This document shows positions 39,225-49,514 of a stretch of DNA of 56,050 bases, one piece after another (the stretch's first letter is position 1; the number at the start of each line of letters is the position of its first letter). The stretch comes from Macrostomum lignano (Eukaryota), in NCBI GenBank assembly GCA_002269645.1, contig NIVC01003557.1:1-56050 (forward strand). The letters are read 5' to 3'. The translations under genes were made by a program, and so were the position numbers. Below the pieces are notes generated by a model, which saw only the letters and a program-made list of their open reading frames with translations, searched no databases and was not told the origin of the DNA.

Positions 39225-42200
39225 TCATCGCAGTCAGCAGTTTTTCAAGGTAAAAGCGAAACTTAGTGAGTTTATTTGAGACCACTGTGTACTTTTATCT
39301 GTTATCTGTTAAGCACATGCGGGTTCGCCCTCTCTGTCTTATAAGCGTACTCACCTGTACTTCTTAGCGATCCGCTTTAAACTGGCTTCAATTTTATCCA
39401 ATTTCACGTCTAAGATAGAAGTCCGACTGCAATGTAGAAAAAAGTCGTAAAATTCTGCTACATTCTTTTAGAACATCAGGAAATTGTCAAAAACATTACA
39501 TAGTGAGTGTTCTGGCGCACTTTTTTAGCGAAAATTATTTTTGTGCTTTCAAATCCATTACAGATTTCATTATCAAGGTATTAATTCCTAATTAGAGATC
39601 CAGTTATTCAAGGTATGAATCCCTAATTAGAGATCCCATTATTCAAGTTATTAATCCCTAATTAGAGATCCCATCAACAAAGTATGAATCCCTAATTAGA
39701 GATCCCATCAACAAAGTATGAATCCCTAATTAGAGATCCCATCATCAAAGTATGAATCTCTAATTAGAGATCCCATCATCAAAGTATGAATCTCTAATTA
39801 GAGATCCCATCATCAAAGTATGAATCTCTAATTAGAGATCCCATCATCAAAGTATGAATCCCTAATTAGAGATCCCATCATCAAAGTATGAATCCCTAAT
39901 TAGAGATCCCATCAACAAAGTATGAATCCCTAATTAGAGATCCCATCATCAAAGTATGAATCCCTAATTAGAGATCCCATCATCAAAGTATGAATCTCTA
40001 ATTAGAGATCCAACAAGGTCATGTGAAGCGACTGTGAAGCGAAAATCACCAAAAAGTACATCCCCTGAGTACTGCTCACCCTTCGCGCAGTGCAAAGCAG
40101 ATTTGATCAGCGTCCAGCATTACTTTCGCATTAAACTGGTTAGCAGCGGCACCAGCAGAGTCGCTATCTCTATTGCGACTAAAGCCAGCTGCACTGGAAT
40201 CAGCGCCTCTGGCATTGTTGGTGGCTGCGCGAACATCTTGACGGAACAATCTCTGCGATATAGATATAGTGTATAGCACATAAATGGTTAGAAAAATCAC
40301 ACTAAATTTTATTTCTTGTAAAATAAAAAACACTTACATTAAGTCTATCAACTTGGCCAGTAAGCAAGTCGTATTGTTTACTAGTCATGTCGAATTTGAA
40401 ACCGCGAATAAAAATTTTTAGTACCGCTCTTGGTTGGGCGTTTGTTTCTATTAGACTGACGTTCAGACTGATTGATAGAGGCTGAAGCACTGCAATGTAG
40501 CGTTTGGTGACCAGTTTTCGCTGTTAGTTGGGAGCGAGAGTACATTGAGGTAAGGGTGTTGGGGGCTAAACTGGAGTGAGTGTACGTTGGGGCAGGGGAT
40601 TGAAGCCTAGAGGGGAGTGAGTGTACATTGGGGCAGGGGTTGGGGCCTTGATAAGAGCGAGTGTACATTGGGGCAGGTGGTTGGGGCCTAGACGGGAGTG
40701 AGTGCACATTGTGAAAGGGGGTTGGGGCCTAGACTGGAGTGAGTGTACATTAGGGCAGGGGATTGAAGCCTAGACGGGAGTGGGAGTGAGTGTACATTGG
40801 GGCAGGGGATTGGGGCCTAGACTCGAGTGAGTGTATATTGGGGCAGGGGGTTGGGGCCTAGACTGGAGTGAGATTACATTGGGGCAGGGGGTTGGGGCCT
40901 AGACTGGAGTGAGATTACATTGGGGCAGGGGGTTGGGGCCTAGACTGGAGTGAGATTACATTGGGGCAGGGGGTTGGGGCCTAGACGGGAGTGAGTGTAC
41001 ATTAAAGTTTTTGAAAGGGATACAAATCGCGAATAATTTATTTACCGTGATGAAATTTCAAACTGTGACCGGTAAATACTTCCGACATTGCTGCTTTAAT
41101 ATCGTCCTGAAATACAATTAGAAATATTTCCTTTTCCGTTAAGTAAATTCAGTCTTTCTAGAACATAAAAGTAAAAAATACAAAACTAAACAACTGACAT
41201 GCTGACTTTGCTGGCTCAGCGGAGGCGACAAGTGCATTGTCAATGAGTGCAATTCGACCGACTGGAATGAATGGTTTTGAAAATTGAAATTTACGAGCTG
41301 TCATTCGAAGTTACAAATTATTGGCAATACATTAATGGCGAAAAGCTCCACTACACCTTATCTGTAAGCTCCACTCTCCCTCATCTGTATTCTGTAAGCT
41401 CCACTCTCCCTTATCTGTAAGCTCCACTCTCCCTCATCTGTAAGCTGAACTCTCCCTTATCTGCAAGCTCCATTCTCAATAATCTGTAAGCTCCACTCTC
41501 CCTTATCTGTAAGCTCCACTCTCCCTTATCTGTAAGCTCCACTCTCCCTTATCTGTAAGCTGAACTCTCCCTTATCTGTAAGCTCCACTCTCCCTTATCT
41601 GTAAGCTCCACTCTCCCTTATCTGTAAGCTAAACTCTCCTTTATCTGTAAGCTGAACTCTCCCTTATCTGTAAGCTCCACTCTCCCTCATCTGTAAGCTG
41701 AACTCTCCCTTATCTGTAAGCTCCACTCTCCCTCATCTGTAAGCTGAACTCTCCCTTATCTGCAAGCTCCATTCTCAATAATCTGTAAGCTCCACTCTCC
41801 CTTATCTGTAAGCTCCACTCTCCCTTATCTGTAAGCTCCACTCTCCCTTATCTGTAAGCTCCACTCTCCCTTATCTGTAAGCTCCACTCTCCCTTATCTG
41901 TAAGCTCCACTCTCCCTTATCTGTAAGCTCCACTCTCCCTTATCTGTAAGCTAAACTCTACTTTATCTGTAAGCTCCACTCTCCCTTATCTGTAAGCTCC
42001 ACTCTCCCTCATCTGTAAGCTGAACTCTCCCTTATCTGTAAGCTCCACTCTCCCTCATCTGTAAGCTGAACTCTCCTTTATCTGTAAGCTCCACTCTCCC
42101 TCATCTGTAAGCTAAACTCTCCCTTATCTGTAAGCTCCACTCTCCCTTATCTGCAAGCTCCATTCTCAATTATCTGTAAGCTCCACTCTCCCTTATCTGT

Positions 42201-43267
42201 AAGCTCCACTCTCCCTCATCTGTAAGCTGAACTCTCCCTTATCTGCAAGCTCCATTCTCAATAATCTGTAAGCTCCACTCTCCCTTATCTGTAAGCTGAA
42301 CTCTCCCTTATCTGTAAGCTCCACTCTCCCTCATCTGTAAGCTCCACTCTCCCTTATTTGTAAGCTCCACTCTCCCTCATCTGTAAGCTGAACTCTCCCT
42401 TATCTGTAAGCTCCACTCTCCCTTATCTGTAAGCTCCACTCTCCCTTATCTGTAAGCTCCACTCTCCCTTATCTGTAAGCTGAACTCTCCCTTATCTGCA
42501 AGCTCCATTCTCAATAATCTGTAAGCTCCACTCTCCCTTACCCTGGTATCTGTAAGCTCCACTCTCCCTTATCTGTAAGCTCCACTCTCTTTAACCTGCA
42601 AGCCTCATCATTCCTTAACTATTAAAACGCCCATATACACGAACAAGCAGATATTTACCCTTTGATCTCCGTGGAAAAGCAGCTTCTCAAACGCCACACC
42701 AGCTAATAACGGTTTGGATTCGTCAGACTTGTCTTCATAGCAAACATGCAACTGGTGCACCTCAATGCATTTTATTAGCTCTGGCATTTTCTGAAGCCAA
42801 GACAACCAATTTTGAGGCTTTTGTTGCTGTTGCGAACTCTCCGATTCATCAGATTTGACAGGCAATACTGCAGAGTGAGGCAATTTCGATATTGAAGACT
42901 CTCGACGCCTAACTAATAGGTGAACATCCCGCATGACTAACTCCAGTCCTTGTCCGGGAAACAGCCGATTCTTTGAGCCAAACCAGGTAACTGCATAGTT
43001 CAAAATTAGCTTGCCGGTGGCTTGAAAACTCTTCCTATTGAGTTCGATACTTCCAATATTGTAGTGGACTAAATCAAGTCCCGGTGCCACTTGGGCCAGT
43101 CTCTGGCGGACATCCTGATTTGCCTGATCAGCATTGGATAAGTTGAGAAGCAGGAATTTACCTGGGTTTTGGTGGACAGAAGCAATGGGTGAAAATAATT
43201 GTAGAAAATAGTTGACTTTGATCTTTAATTTAAATGATTCACTTTTAGAGTTTATAGAGTGCATCAT
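18577..43267 (-). CDS. VPS13: Divergent, shortened VPS13-family bridge-like lipid transfer protein, ~2384 aa, 20 exons
   Basis: Phase-consistent GT-AG model: 42659-43267, 40338-40520, 40080-40252, 39355-39426, 38824-39010, 37024-37514, 35765-36101, 34499-34849, 27797-28267, 27146-27238, 26221-27068, 25308-25522, 24593-24894, 24099-24252, 23805-23854, 22885-22998, 20961-22606, 20154-20554, 19188-19600, 18577-18621 (7155 nt). Motifs: Chorein_N-like [12 protein letters not shown] and [24 protein letters not shown]; [11 protein letters not shown]...[11 protein letters not shown]; RBG repeat [11 protein letters not shown]...[12 protein letters not shown]; C-terminal [37 protein letters not shown]; PH-like [18 protein letters not shown] at ~18414-18419. 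The start ATG (43267) and the last exon are provisional. Confidence 0.85.
18800..19150. repeat. Second array of the 54-bp minisatellite, in the last VPS13-like intron
   Basis: Same unit and orientation as 17560-18165. Confidence 0.93.
19790..20045. repeat. ~21-22-bp minisatellite (GAATCCCTGAGGAATTCTGGGG)
   Basis: Tandem units, intronic. Confidence 0.9.
20573..20950. repeat. 21-bp minisatellite (TTAGCGATGGATTATCTAAGA) filling a whole intron
   Basis: About 18 units between the donor at 20960 and the acceptor at 20555. Confidence 0.95.
21690..22075 (-). repeat. Coding 42-bp tandem repeat ([14 protein letters not shown])n inside the large VPS13-like exon
   Basis: 8-9 units; the reading frame stays open through the array. 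Confidence 0.9.
23158..23601 (+). mobile_element. ~440-bp MITE, copy 2 (diverged)
   Basis: Colinear with 13492-13935 (TGGGCCACTCAGCACATTTGC..., GGAATTCCAGCCTAAAGCTGCCATGTACATTTCAGTGGAC...). Confidence 0.8.
25006..25280. repeat. (GACA)n microsatellite, intronic
   Basis: Seen directly. Confidence 0.97.
25650..26200. repeat. 21-bp minisatellite (ATCTAGATACCCTCAGATGCA)
   Basis: About 25 tandem units, intronic. Confidence 0.93.
27290..27720. repeat. 37-bp minisatellite (GGATGGTCATTCAAGGTCATCTAGGGTCGCGAGTGTT)
   Basis: About 11 units, intronic. Confidence 0.92.
28575..28920 (+). repeat. 17-bp perfect tandem array (GTCTTAATTTATTTGCA) x20 at the LINE 5' junction
   Basis: 20 units (one lacks an A) plus a final GTCTTAA. 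The first 7 nt of the unit equal the 3' end of the TSD. Confidence 0.97.
28927..31370 (+). mobile_element. 5'-truncated RTE-clade non-LTR retrotransposon, young insertion
   Basis: 10-bp TSD TCTGTCTTAA at 28572-28581 and 31371-31380. Short 3' UTR ending in (GTT)n. Truncated within the APE endonuclease. Inserted antisense in a VPS13-like intron. Confidence 0.92.
28984..31320 (+). CDS. LINE ORF2: APE endonuclease C-terminus plus intact reverse transcriptase
   Basis: ANTRF...QLDHVLV...SDHRLL (APE); [57 protein letters not shown] and LAGHVIR (RT). No stops or frameshifts; the frame is open from 28927. Confidence 0.97.
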   Translation: MVSANTRFRKSPGRLATFVGCKRRRRNARGRNATRRLAQLDHVLVRFRERRRVTNCHTITPLALRSDHRLLICDLRLRDPLYRPPKRPPRRYYRALRDAETRRRFAGAFVTALGDKRGGAEYAEVSAAVRAAAEQAVPLMRPAQRGQPVWQDDPAIDEAREDLERLRLSGRPTREAEEALAAVYLQRQQSAVDDAIQAVIAAGPDARGRVAWSAINTLTGRKRRIALNLAGDTPDERRNELREFFAAIVNAPPPPLPENLRLPPETPLPAEESFNVAPVSTADVVKFARQSPGGKALGPDEVPTEALRIHCVATEVARVMNRVLFGEVAPNEWTTAHIVAIPKKPGTTKLEEHRGICLQSCAAKLFNRMLLSRLQTVLDPYLRPEQNGFRPHRGTVTQILALRRVIEEARIRQLTLILIFVDFRKAFDSVVRDALPEVLRAYNVPELLISAVMALYHGTTAAVSTPDGLSDFFETSSGVLQGDTLAPFLFILVLDWVLRTALPSNDDGFLLRRRVGRRQSERRLSVLGYADDLALLSSTVEGAQRQLDRLVAVAASVGLVVNTQKTVVLCVPDDTEAAIFCRGADGQASELSRCQQFVYLGGLVPDVREDLRRRRGLAWAAFRSIRSVLQSEALPDRQRAALFQAVIETVLLYNAETWTLTDSLEAQVDAAHAGLLRAAFKIGNERVTNTALYHRAGLARPSDLLRRRRLQLAGHVIRAEAYCPEPVQEVLLLTLQAPYRRGQAKTRRYVDCLLADAGAPDSAGGAAFVRAQALKRAI
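34877..35715. repeat. 23-bp minisatellite (GAGGATTACAGCAGGTGAATCAT) filling an intron
   Basis: About 36 nearly identical units. Confidence 0.97.
36190..36982. repeat. 21-bp minisatellite (CCAATTATAAGCTACCAATGC), two variant domains
   Basis: About 37 units; the variant changes near 36710. Confidence 0.97.
37732..38165 (-). mobile_element. ~440-bp MITE, copy 3 (inverted)
   Basis: Reverse complement of 13492-13935; ends ACTAGAATAACTAGATGGG and CCCATCTAGT. Confidence 0.8.
39058..39224. repeat. (GATA)n/(GACA)n microsatellite
   Basis: Seen directly. Confidence 0.97.
39580..40012. repeat. 34-bp minisatellite (AATCCCTAATTAGAGATCCCATCATCAAAGTATG)
   Basis: About 12 units, intronic. Confidence 0.95.
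40560..41002. repeat. ~41-bp G-rich minisatellite (GGGGCAGGGGGTTGGGGCCTAGACTGGAGTGAGTGTACATT)
   Basis: About 11 units, intronic. Confidence 0.92.
41350..42590. repeat. 23-bp minisatellite (ATCTGTAAGCTCCACTCTCCCTT)
   Basis: About 54 units with recurring variants, intronic. Confidence 0.97.
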
Positions 43268-45294
43268 TTTGCATTAACTTTAAATTTGGCATCTAAATCC
43301 TAAACAACCCAAAATATCAAATTTAAACCATGTTTTTTTCAAGTTAAATGCTATTTCATTCAATTTACATATTTTTATAGTGTGGAAGGCCTTCTTACAT
43401 GAAATACTAACTTTCTATGAAATTTAAAATCTGTACATATTTTATAGACAATTTTGTAGTATAAATACAAGTAAATACCCATTTTGGACTGAACCTTGTA
43501 ATCCTTTCAACTAGAAAACAAATTTATTAGTGAGTTTCAAGTAAATATTGAGAATTGTATCAAAATTAGTTAATTTTTAATAAGGGAAGTAGAATGAGCA
43601 TGTACTGAATATACTACTAATAAGTAGACTACCTAAATCAGAAATACATAAATAATACCAGAGGCTGTGACCCTCTAATCTCAGTAATGCCTAGGACAAA
43701 TATTTTTATTTTAAGAAAAGTCTTTTTATAGTGTATTTTTAAGGGAAAGTAAATATATTTATCCATTTAGTCTCTAAATAATCTATAAAAATATAAGCGT
43801 GGCATGTGTTTAGTTTTATTATATTAAACTAATTCAAATTGAAATTAATGTAAATAAAGAAAACAGTTAATAAAATATGACAAGGTATTGCCTTGTTTCT
43901 TAAAAAAGTTCTTCTATACATGGTAGGAGTATACTTCTCTATTTAAATCTCAAATGCTATCACCAATGTTGAACAGGGGTATAGTTCTATCTTATTAAAT
44001 CCTATCGTCAAGTAACTAAATTTTTAATAGTGCTCACTTAATCTTAGCTACAGTCACCAAGCTTATGCTAGTGATAAACTTCTGATATACTTTTAGTACT
44101 ATTCTTTGTACTGATAGTGTATCATATAAAACTGGTAGCATATGTGTTCTTTTGGCCTGAGCAGTCTTATGGCACTGTACTTTGTTTTATCTTATGTATT
44201 ATGGCTGTCTCCTATTTAGGTTTTTCTCTCAGTCTAGGTGTTACTAGGATCAGAGGGTAATGGCTTACATTCTAGGTTTATTGCACTGAAGTGAATTCTT
44301 AGATTCTGTCTGGATATTCTTATCCTTTGGTAGATCTTCTGCCTTCTAAGGCAATTTTCTAGATTCTTAATCTAGAGGTCTCATTCTCTAAGAATGGAGT
44401 GAGTTCTCTCAATCTTGGGGCTTTCAATGTAATTTTTATATAGAATCTTAAAAAAAAACAAAAAAAATTTCTCAAAAATTGATAAAACAAATGCAATCAA
44501 AAAAGAAAGCTAATATTCATTGTCTAATAGCATTGTAACAAAATCTCTCATTTTATGTTATATATGTTCTATATTATGTTATATGGGCAAAAAACACTGG
44601 CAATATTAATACAGTTGCTGTGCAAATAATGAGTGCCTATATATTTATAAGGTATTTTTGTACTAGAATTTTTATAGACAAATTTGAATTAACACTTGAC
44701 AAATAGTTCTCTTATAATATTATGAGTTAAAACTAACAAAAGGTAACTGTGCAGGCATGATTTACATGTGTTTATAGCTTAGCAGTTGTTACTACTATTA
44801 ATTATGCAAAATACAAGGGAAAACCAAGGGGTATTTCAAAAAAGCAAGAATTAGACATTTGCTTTCAAAATGATAGATTATAGTCAAATATAAGTGGACT
44901 ATAATAGCTGTGCATTACAGTATAACACCTATATTTATTTTAGTTACTATGTAAATAACAATAGTACTATTTACACAGTGTCAGGCAAAAAATAGACAAC
45001 AATAAACCTTCATTAAAAAATAAATAATAAAACAAGGCAAAGCACAAAGATCTTTAGTTATTTCCCAGTGGAGCAATTCATATACGCCCCACTATACATT
45101 TTATCCTACGCCCCTTCGATGCGCGTCTAGCGCCCTGGCGCACAATTTGTCCAGTCAGGGCAACTACGTTTACCCTGCGCCCTTTCGACAGTCGAATAAA
45201 TAATAACGGGATATCCTATTTATTCTACTTATAGTAGGAAGTAAGTAAATACCGGTATATGTATTCACGGGCCATACTAATGGATCCCAGCCTG

Positions 45295-45507
45295 CACCCT
45301 GCTGCTCCCCCGCCCTGCTGCTCCCCGCCCTGCTGCTCCCCCGCCCTGCTGCTCCCCGCCCTGCTGCTCCCCCGCCCTGCTGCTCCCCCGCCCTGCTGCT
45401 CCCCGCCCTGCTGCTCCCCGCCCTGCTGCTCCCCCGCCCTGCTGCTCCCCGCCCTGCTGCTCCCCCGCCCTGCTGCTCCCCCGCCCTGCTGCTCCCCCCC
45501 TGCTGCT
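45295..45507. repeat. 15-16-bp GC-rich repeat (CCCTGCTGCTCCCCG)
   Basis: About 13 units. Confidence 0.92.
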
Positions 45508-45969
45508 TCAAATGAATTTTTATTTTAATGTTAACTGCAGCCTACAATTTCCTAAGATTCAAAGATAGTCATTATTAGAAAATCAGGTATAATATCAGAA
45601 ATATAAAATGGACAATCGCTTTATTTTCCATACTAGAAACACTGCCACGATTCATGGTTAAGTAATACGTAAATTTGTATTCACCTAATTTGTAAACGGA
45701 ATTGTAGTTTTGCGATTTAAATCTGATATCATTTTGATATCTTACAGTTACAGTTACATTTTCTAAAGTGACTGTTCATAATTAATAAAACTGAAAAGGG
45801 CTATGCTCCGTTAATAACATCAAGGAGCTAAGCTAAGAAGGTAGCGCATTTTAAAATGATTATTAAGATTAGCATCAGATTTTAATGTTGAATAATGATA
45901 TAAATAGAACACAGATGCCAAAAACGCATATTTAAATGTTACTATCTACCAATCCATATCAAAGCGAAG

Positions 45970-46520
45970 CAGGGGCGTAGCCAGGAATTTTGATTGGGGG
46001 GGGGGGCCGTGAGTTAGGGGGCGCCAGCTTCTTATAGGGGGGCGCCAGTTTCTTATAGGGGGGGGGGGCGCCAGTTTCTTTTAGGGGGGCGCCAGTTTCT
46101 TATAGGGGGGCGCCAGTTTCTTATAGGGGGGGCGCCAGTTTCTTTTAGGGGGGCGCCAGTTTCTTTTAGGGGGCGCCAGTTTCTTTTAGGGGGGCGCCAG
46201 TTTCTTATAGGGGGGCGCCAGTTTCTTTTAGGGGGGGGGGCGCCAGTTTCTTTTAGAGGGGGGGCCAGTTTCTTTTAGAGGGGGAGCGCCAGTTTCTTTT
46301 AGAGGGGGGGCGCCAGTTTCTTTTAGGGGGGGGGTGCCAGTTTCTTTTAGAGGGGGGGGCGCCAGTTTCTTTTAGGGGGGGGTGCCAGTTTCTTTTAGAG
46401 GGGGGGGGCGCCAGTTTCTTTTAGGGGGGGGCGCCAGTTTCTTTTAGGGGGGGCGCCAAGGCCAGAGTTGGTGATTGGGGGGGGCCACGGCCCCCTTGCC
46501 CCCCTCTGACTACGCCCCTG
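45970..46520. mobile_element. hAT-type MITE with internal ~22-bp tandem repeat (GGGGGCGCCAGTTTCTTTTAG)
   Basis: 8-bp TSD AAGCGAAG at 45962-45969 and 46521-46528. TIR CAGGGGCGTAG(C/T)CAG (15 bp, 1 mismatch). Confidence 0.92.
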
Positions 46521-46563
46521 AAGCGAAGTGAAATTAAGGACAAAACATTATCTAACCCTGCTT

Positions 46564-49514
46564 TCACAGTCGAAACAATTTCTGTCTATTTCCTCTTAAT
46601 TCATCCATCAAATTTTCTGCATCACTGTCGCTAGAGCTAGTGCAATTCTGGTCATCGTCCGGGACATTGTCGGCCTGCTGGGAATAGGCGAAGCGTTCAA
46701 TCGACTGACGCTGATTCTTCTGTGACCCATGCCCACCTGCACCACATGCTGAACGCTTTCTGCTGTCCACCGGTGCTGCAGTTGCGCTGGACGCCTGGTG
46801 AGCAGTGGCGTGGATCCGATGTCGAGTTGGGGTTGCTGGTGTAGTGGCGGTAGCAGATACGGGATGCGATGAAAATGCACCAGCAGCTGGTGTCATTACC
46901 GTTGAAGCTGGAGAGACATATGCCGCTGCAGCCGCTGTAGATGTGCCCGCTGGGTCTCTGGCCAGGCTTGCTCGGTGACGCCGCTTTTTTAAACGGTCCG
47001 TACCGCGGTGCAACAGGTCTTTGCATATATCATGCACCTTAGCCGGTGTTGGCTTGGCTTCGTCCAAAGCATATAAGCTCGTGATGGCATCTGCGTGTGT
47101 TATAGTTTTATAGATAGATTTAGGAAAAATTCCAACTCTTAAGGTATTAGATAATATTACATTTCTACTAACAGTAGCTGATTTAGGAGTCAGTTCATGT
47201 TTAAGTTTATTTTTCAGATTTACGAAAATTTGCAGCATGAAAATTCTGCGAAGTTATTTAAGAATTATTTGAATGCCGCTTGAGTGGTCTCATAAAGCTC
47301 ATGATATTGCATAATGAAATGATTCTCACCTTGAAAATAATTCAGGAGTATTACTTTAAAGCCCAGATGCTGATCAGTCAAAGCTGTGTTAGCTCCTGCC
47401 AGACGAGCTCGACTCTGCATATCTCTTCCGTTGAAGTTGACAGCTGCCTGTAGGTCGGGAGTCAAACAGGAGTCCATCATCGTCCGAACTGTCTCTGACA
47501 CTGTCGACCGCTTAGCGAGAAGAAGCAGAGTTTTCTATAATGACAGAAACAACGGATATGGTTGACAAGTAATAGTTGAATCCGTGATTATCTGAGATTG
47601 TGTTGTCACTTGTCGTCAGGGAGAGTGCAAAGAGAATGAAACAGACGAGTCTAACATAGAGGGGTGCAGAAATTGAAAAAAATGAGACAAAAATACGATA
47701 ATTTAGCTAAATTGAGGTTGAGATTAAAATGAGGTAATTAATACGCTCGTAGAGGGGTGATATAAATATTGAGGACTAAACTTGAGTCTAAGATTAAAAT
47801 CTGCTTGAAATATCTGGCTCAAAACTTACCATTTCTGAAAGCATCTCTGTTGGCTGCAACTCAACGAACTCCACATACGCTTGCCAGCTACTGATGGGCC
47901 AGAACTGTGGTGAACGTGGAGCCGGTGCTGTCGACTGACGGTGCAGGTGCAGCTCTGCGCGAATTGACGCCAGTTCTTCTAGGCAGCGCTTTTGTTGGGC
48001 TTCCAATTTACTGTTTTTCACCATTTGTTCGCGGAGAAGTGACAGCTGCACGAAGAGGATTCCACGAATACTTTCTAAAGGAAAGTCGACCACCGACTGA
48101 ATCTGCCGCTGAAGCACGTGTACCGGACTTGGCCCGAAGCCAAATACTGAAGGCTTTGGGACAGCTGAGATGTCTGCGGCTGCTGCCTCTTCGACCCATG
48201 GAGCCATCACTGCAGCTTCAATTATTGTGATTGCTTCCTCATCCGCTTCCACTTCCGCTGCCGCTTTCGCTTCCGCTGCCGCTTTCGCTTCCGCTGCCGC
48301 TTTTGCTTCCGCTGCCGCTTTCGCTTCCGCTGCCGCTTTCGCTTCCGCTGCCGCTTTCGCTTCCGCTGCCGCTTTCGCTTCCGCTGCCGCTTTTGCTTCC
48401 GCTGCCGCTTTCGCTTCCGCTGCCGCTTTTGCTTCCGCTGCCGCTTTCGCTTCCGCTGCCGCTTTCGCTTCCGCTGCCGCTTTCGCTTCCGCTGCCGCTT
48501 TCGCTTCCGCTGCCGCTTTCGCTTCCGCTGCCGCTTTCGCTTCCGCTGCCGCTTTCGCTTCCGCTGCCGCTTTCGCTTCCGCTGCCGCTTTTGCTTCCGC
48601 TGCCGCTTTCGCTTCCGCTTGCACTGCAGCGCTTTCCAAAAGCTCCGTCTGATTTCCGCCTGATATCAAGTGTGCAGGCAGCGGGCACAGCGTCGCTAAT
48701 GTCTCAGGCAGTTGTTGATTTGGTAGCTGAAGTTGCGGGCGCCGCTTCTCAGTCGATCGGCCGTCCCAGAAGTGATCTGTGTCGGACGCAGAGCCACTGG
48801 ACAGGTTCTGTGAAAATATTTAATTTGGATTCTGGTCTAAGTACATTCAAAGTGTATAATCTTCTAGTCTAATTTGAATAAGCATAGTATTTCTCCTTCT
48901 TCTTCTCGAATTCATTAATCACTATTCACTGAGACATTCAGAAACACGAAGCTCACCCTTCCTTGATACAACCGACGGGCCTGGCGCTGATCGCTCTTGC
49001 AAAAAACTCGTGGAAGCACGAGAGCTAGAATATCCTTGAGCGTCTTTTTTTTCTTGATTAATTCTCGAGCAAATGCAAGGGCTGGTGAATCCAAAGAGTC
49101 GTCTAACACAACCTAAAATGAAATATAATTAGGTCTATAATGCGTGTATAAATGAGCTCAATTACTGAACTTCAGCGACAGCTAGTAGTTAATGTCTGTA
49201 CGCGCAGCAATTTGGTGAATTTTATTTTTTCAAATCGGCCCTAATCTCAATGTCAGTCGTAATTAAATCAATAATTCGTTGATAACTTAAGCTTGTAACT
49301 ATATAAAGTTATAAACAAAAAAGCTCACCTGGACAATAATTGCAGCAAAGTGCTGCCCTTCGTAGAGTGCCTTGCAGAACCATTTCTCAGTGCTATCTTT
49401 CAAAGCAAGCCACTCTGAGTCTGTCAAGTTTTCCAACTCTTCCGGGAGAATCAGATGCTCTTTGTTTGCCTCAACAACCTGTCTATCAGCTTTGAAAATT
49501 ACAATAAACTTCAT
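46564..49514 (-). CDS. DUF4806-type transposon accessory protein, 683 aa; exons 49329-49514, 48957-49112, 47830-48807, 47330-47534, 46564-47090
   Basis: Phase-consistent GT-AG model without stops (2052 nt). N-terminus MKFIVIF...; C-terminal domain STVSETVRTMMDSCLTPDLQAAVNFNGR...FKVIL...DAITSLY...KVHDICKDLLHRGTDRLKKRR resembles DUF4806. Internal (AEAKAA)~20. Confidence 0.7.

Noticed and set aside
43920-44420. Faint GIY-YIG/Penelope-like traces on the minus strand (KYIRS...LRLSEH...IEKYTP)
   Set aside because: Many stops and too few conserved residues to separate from chance in AT-rich DNA.
45064-45290. Candidate left terminus of the EnSpm-like element (CCCAGTGGAGCA with GCGCCC/TACGCCCC sub-repeats)
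   Set aside because: No matching right TIR or TSD in the window, so it is not annotated as a boundary.
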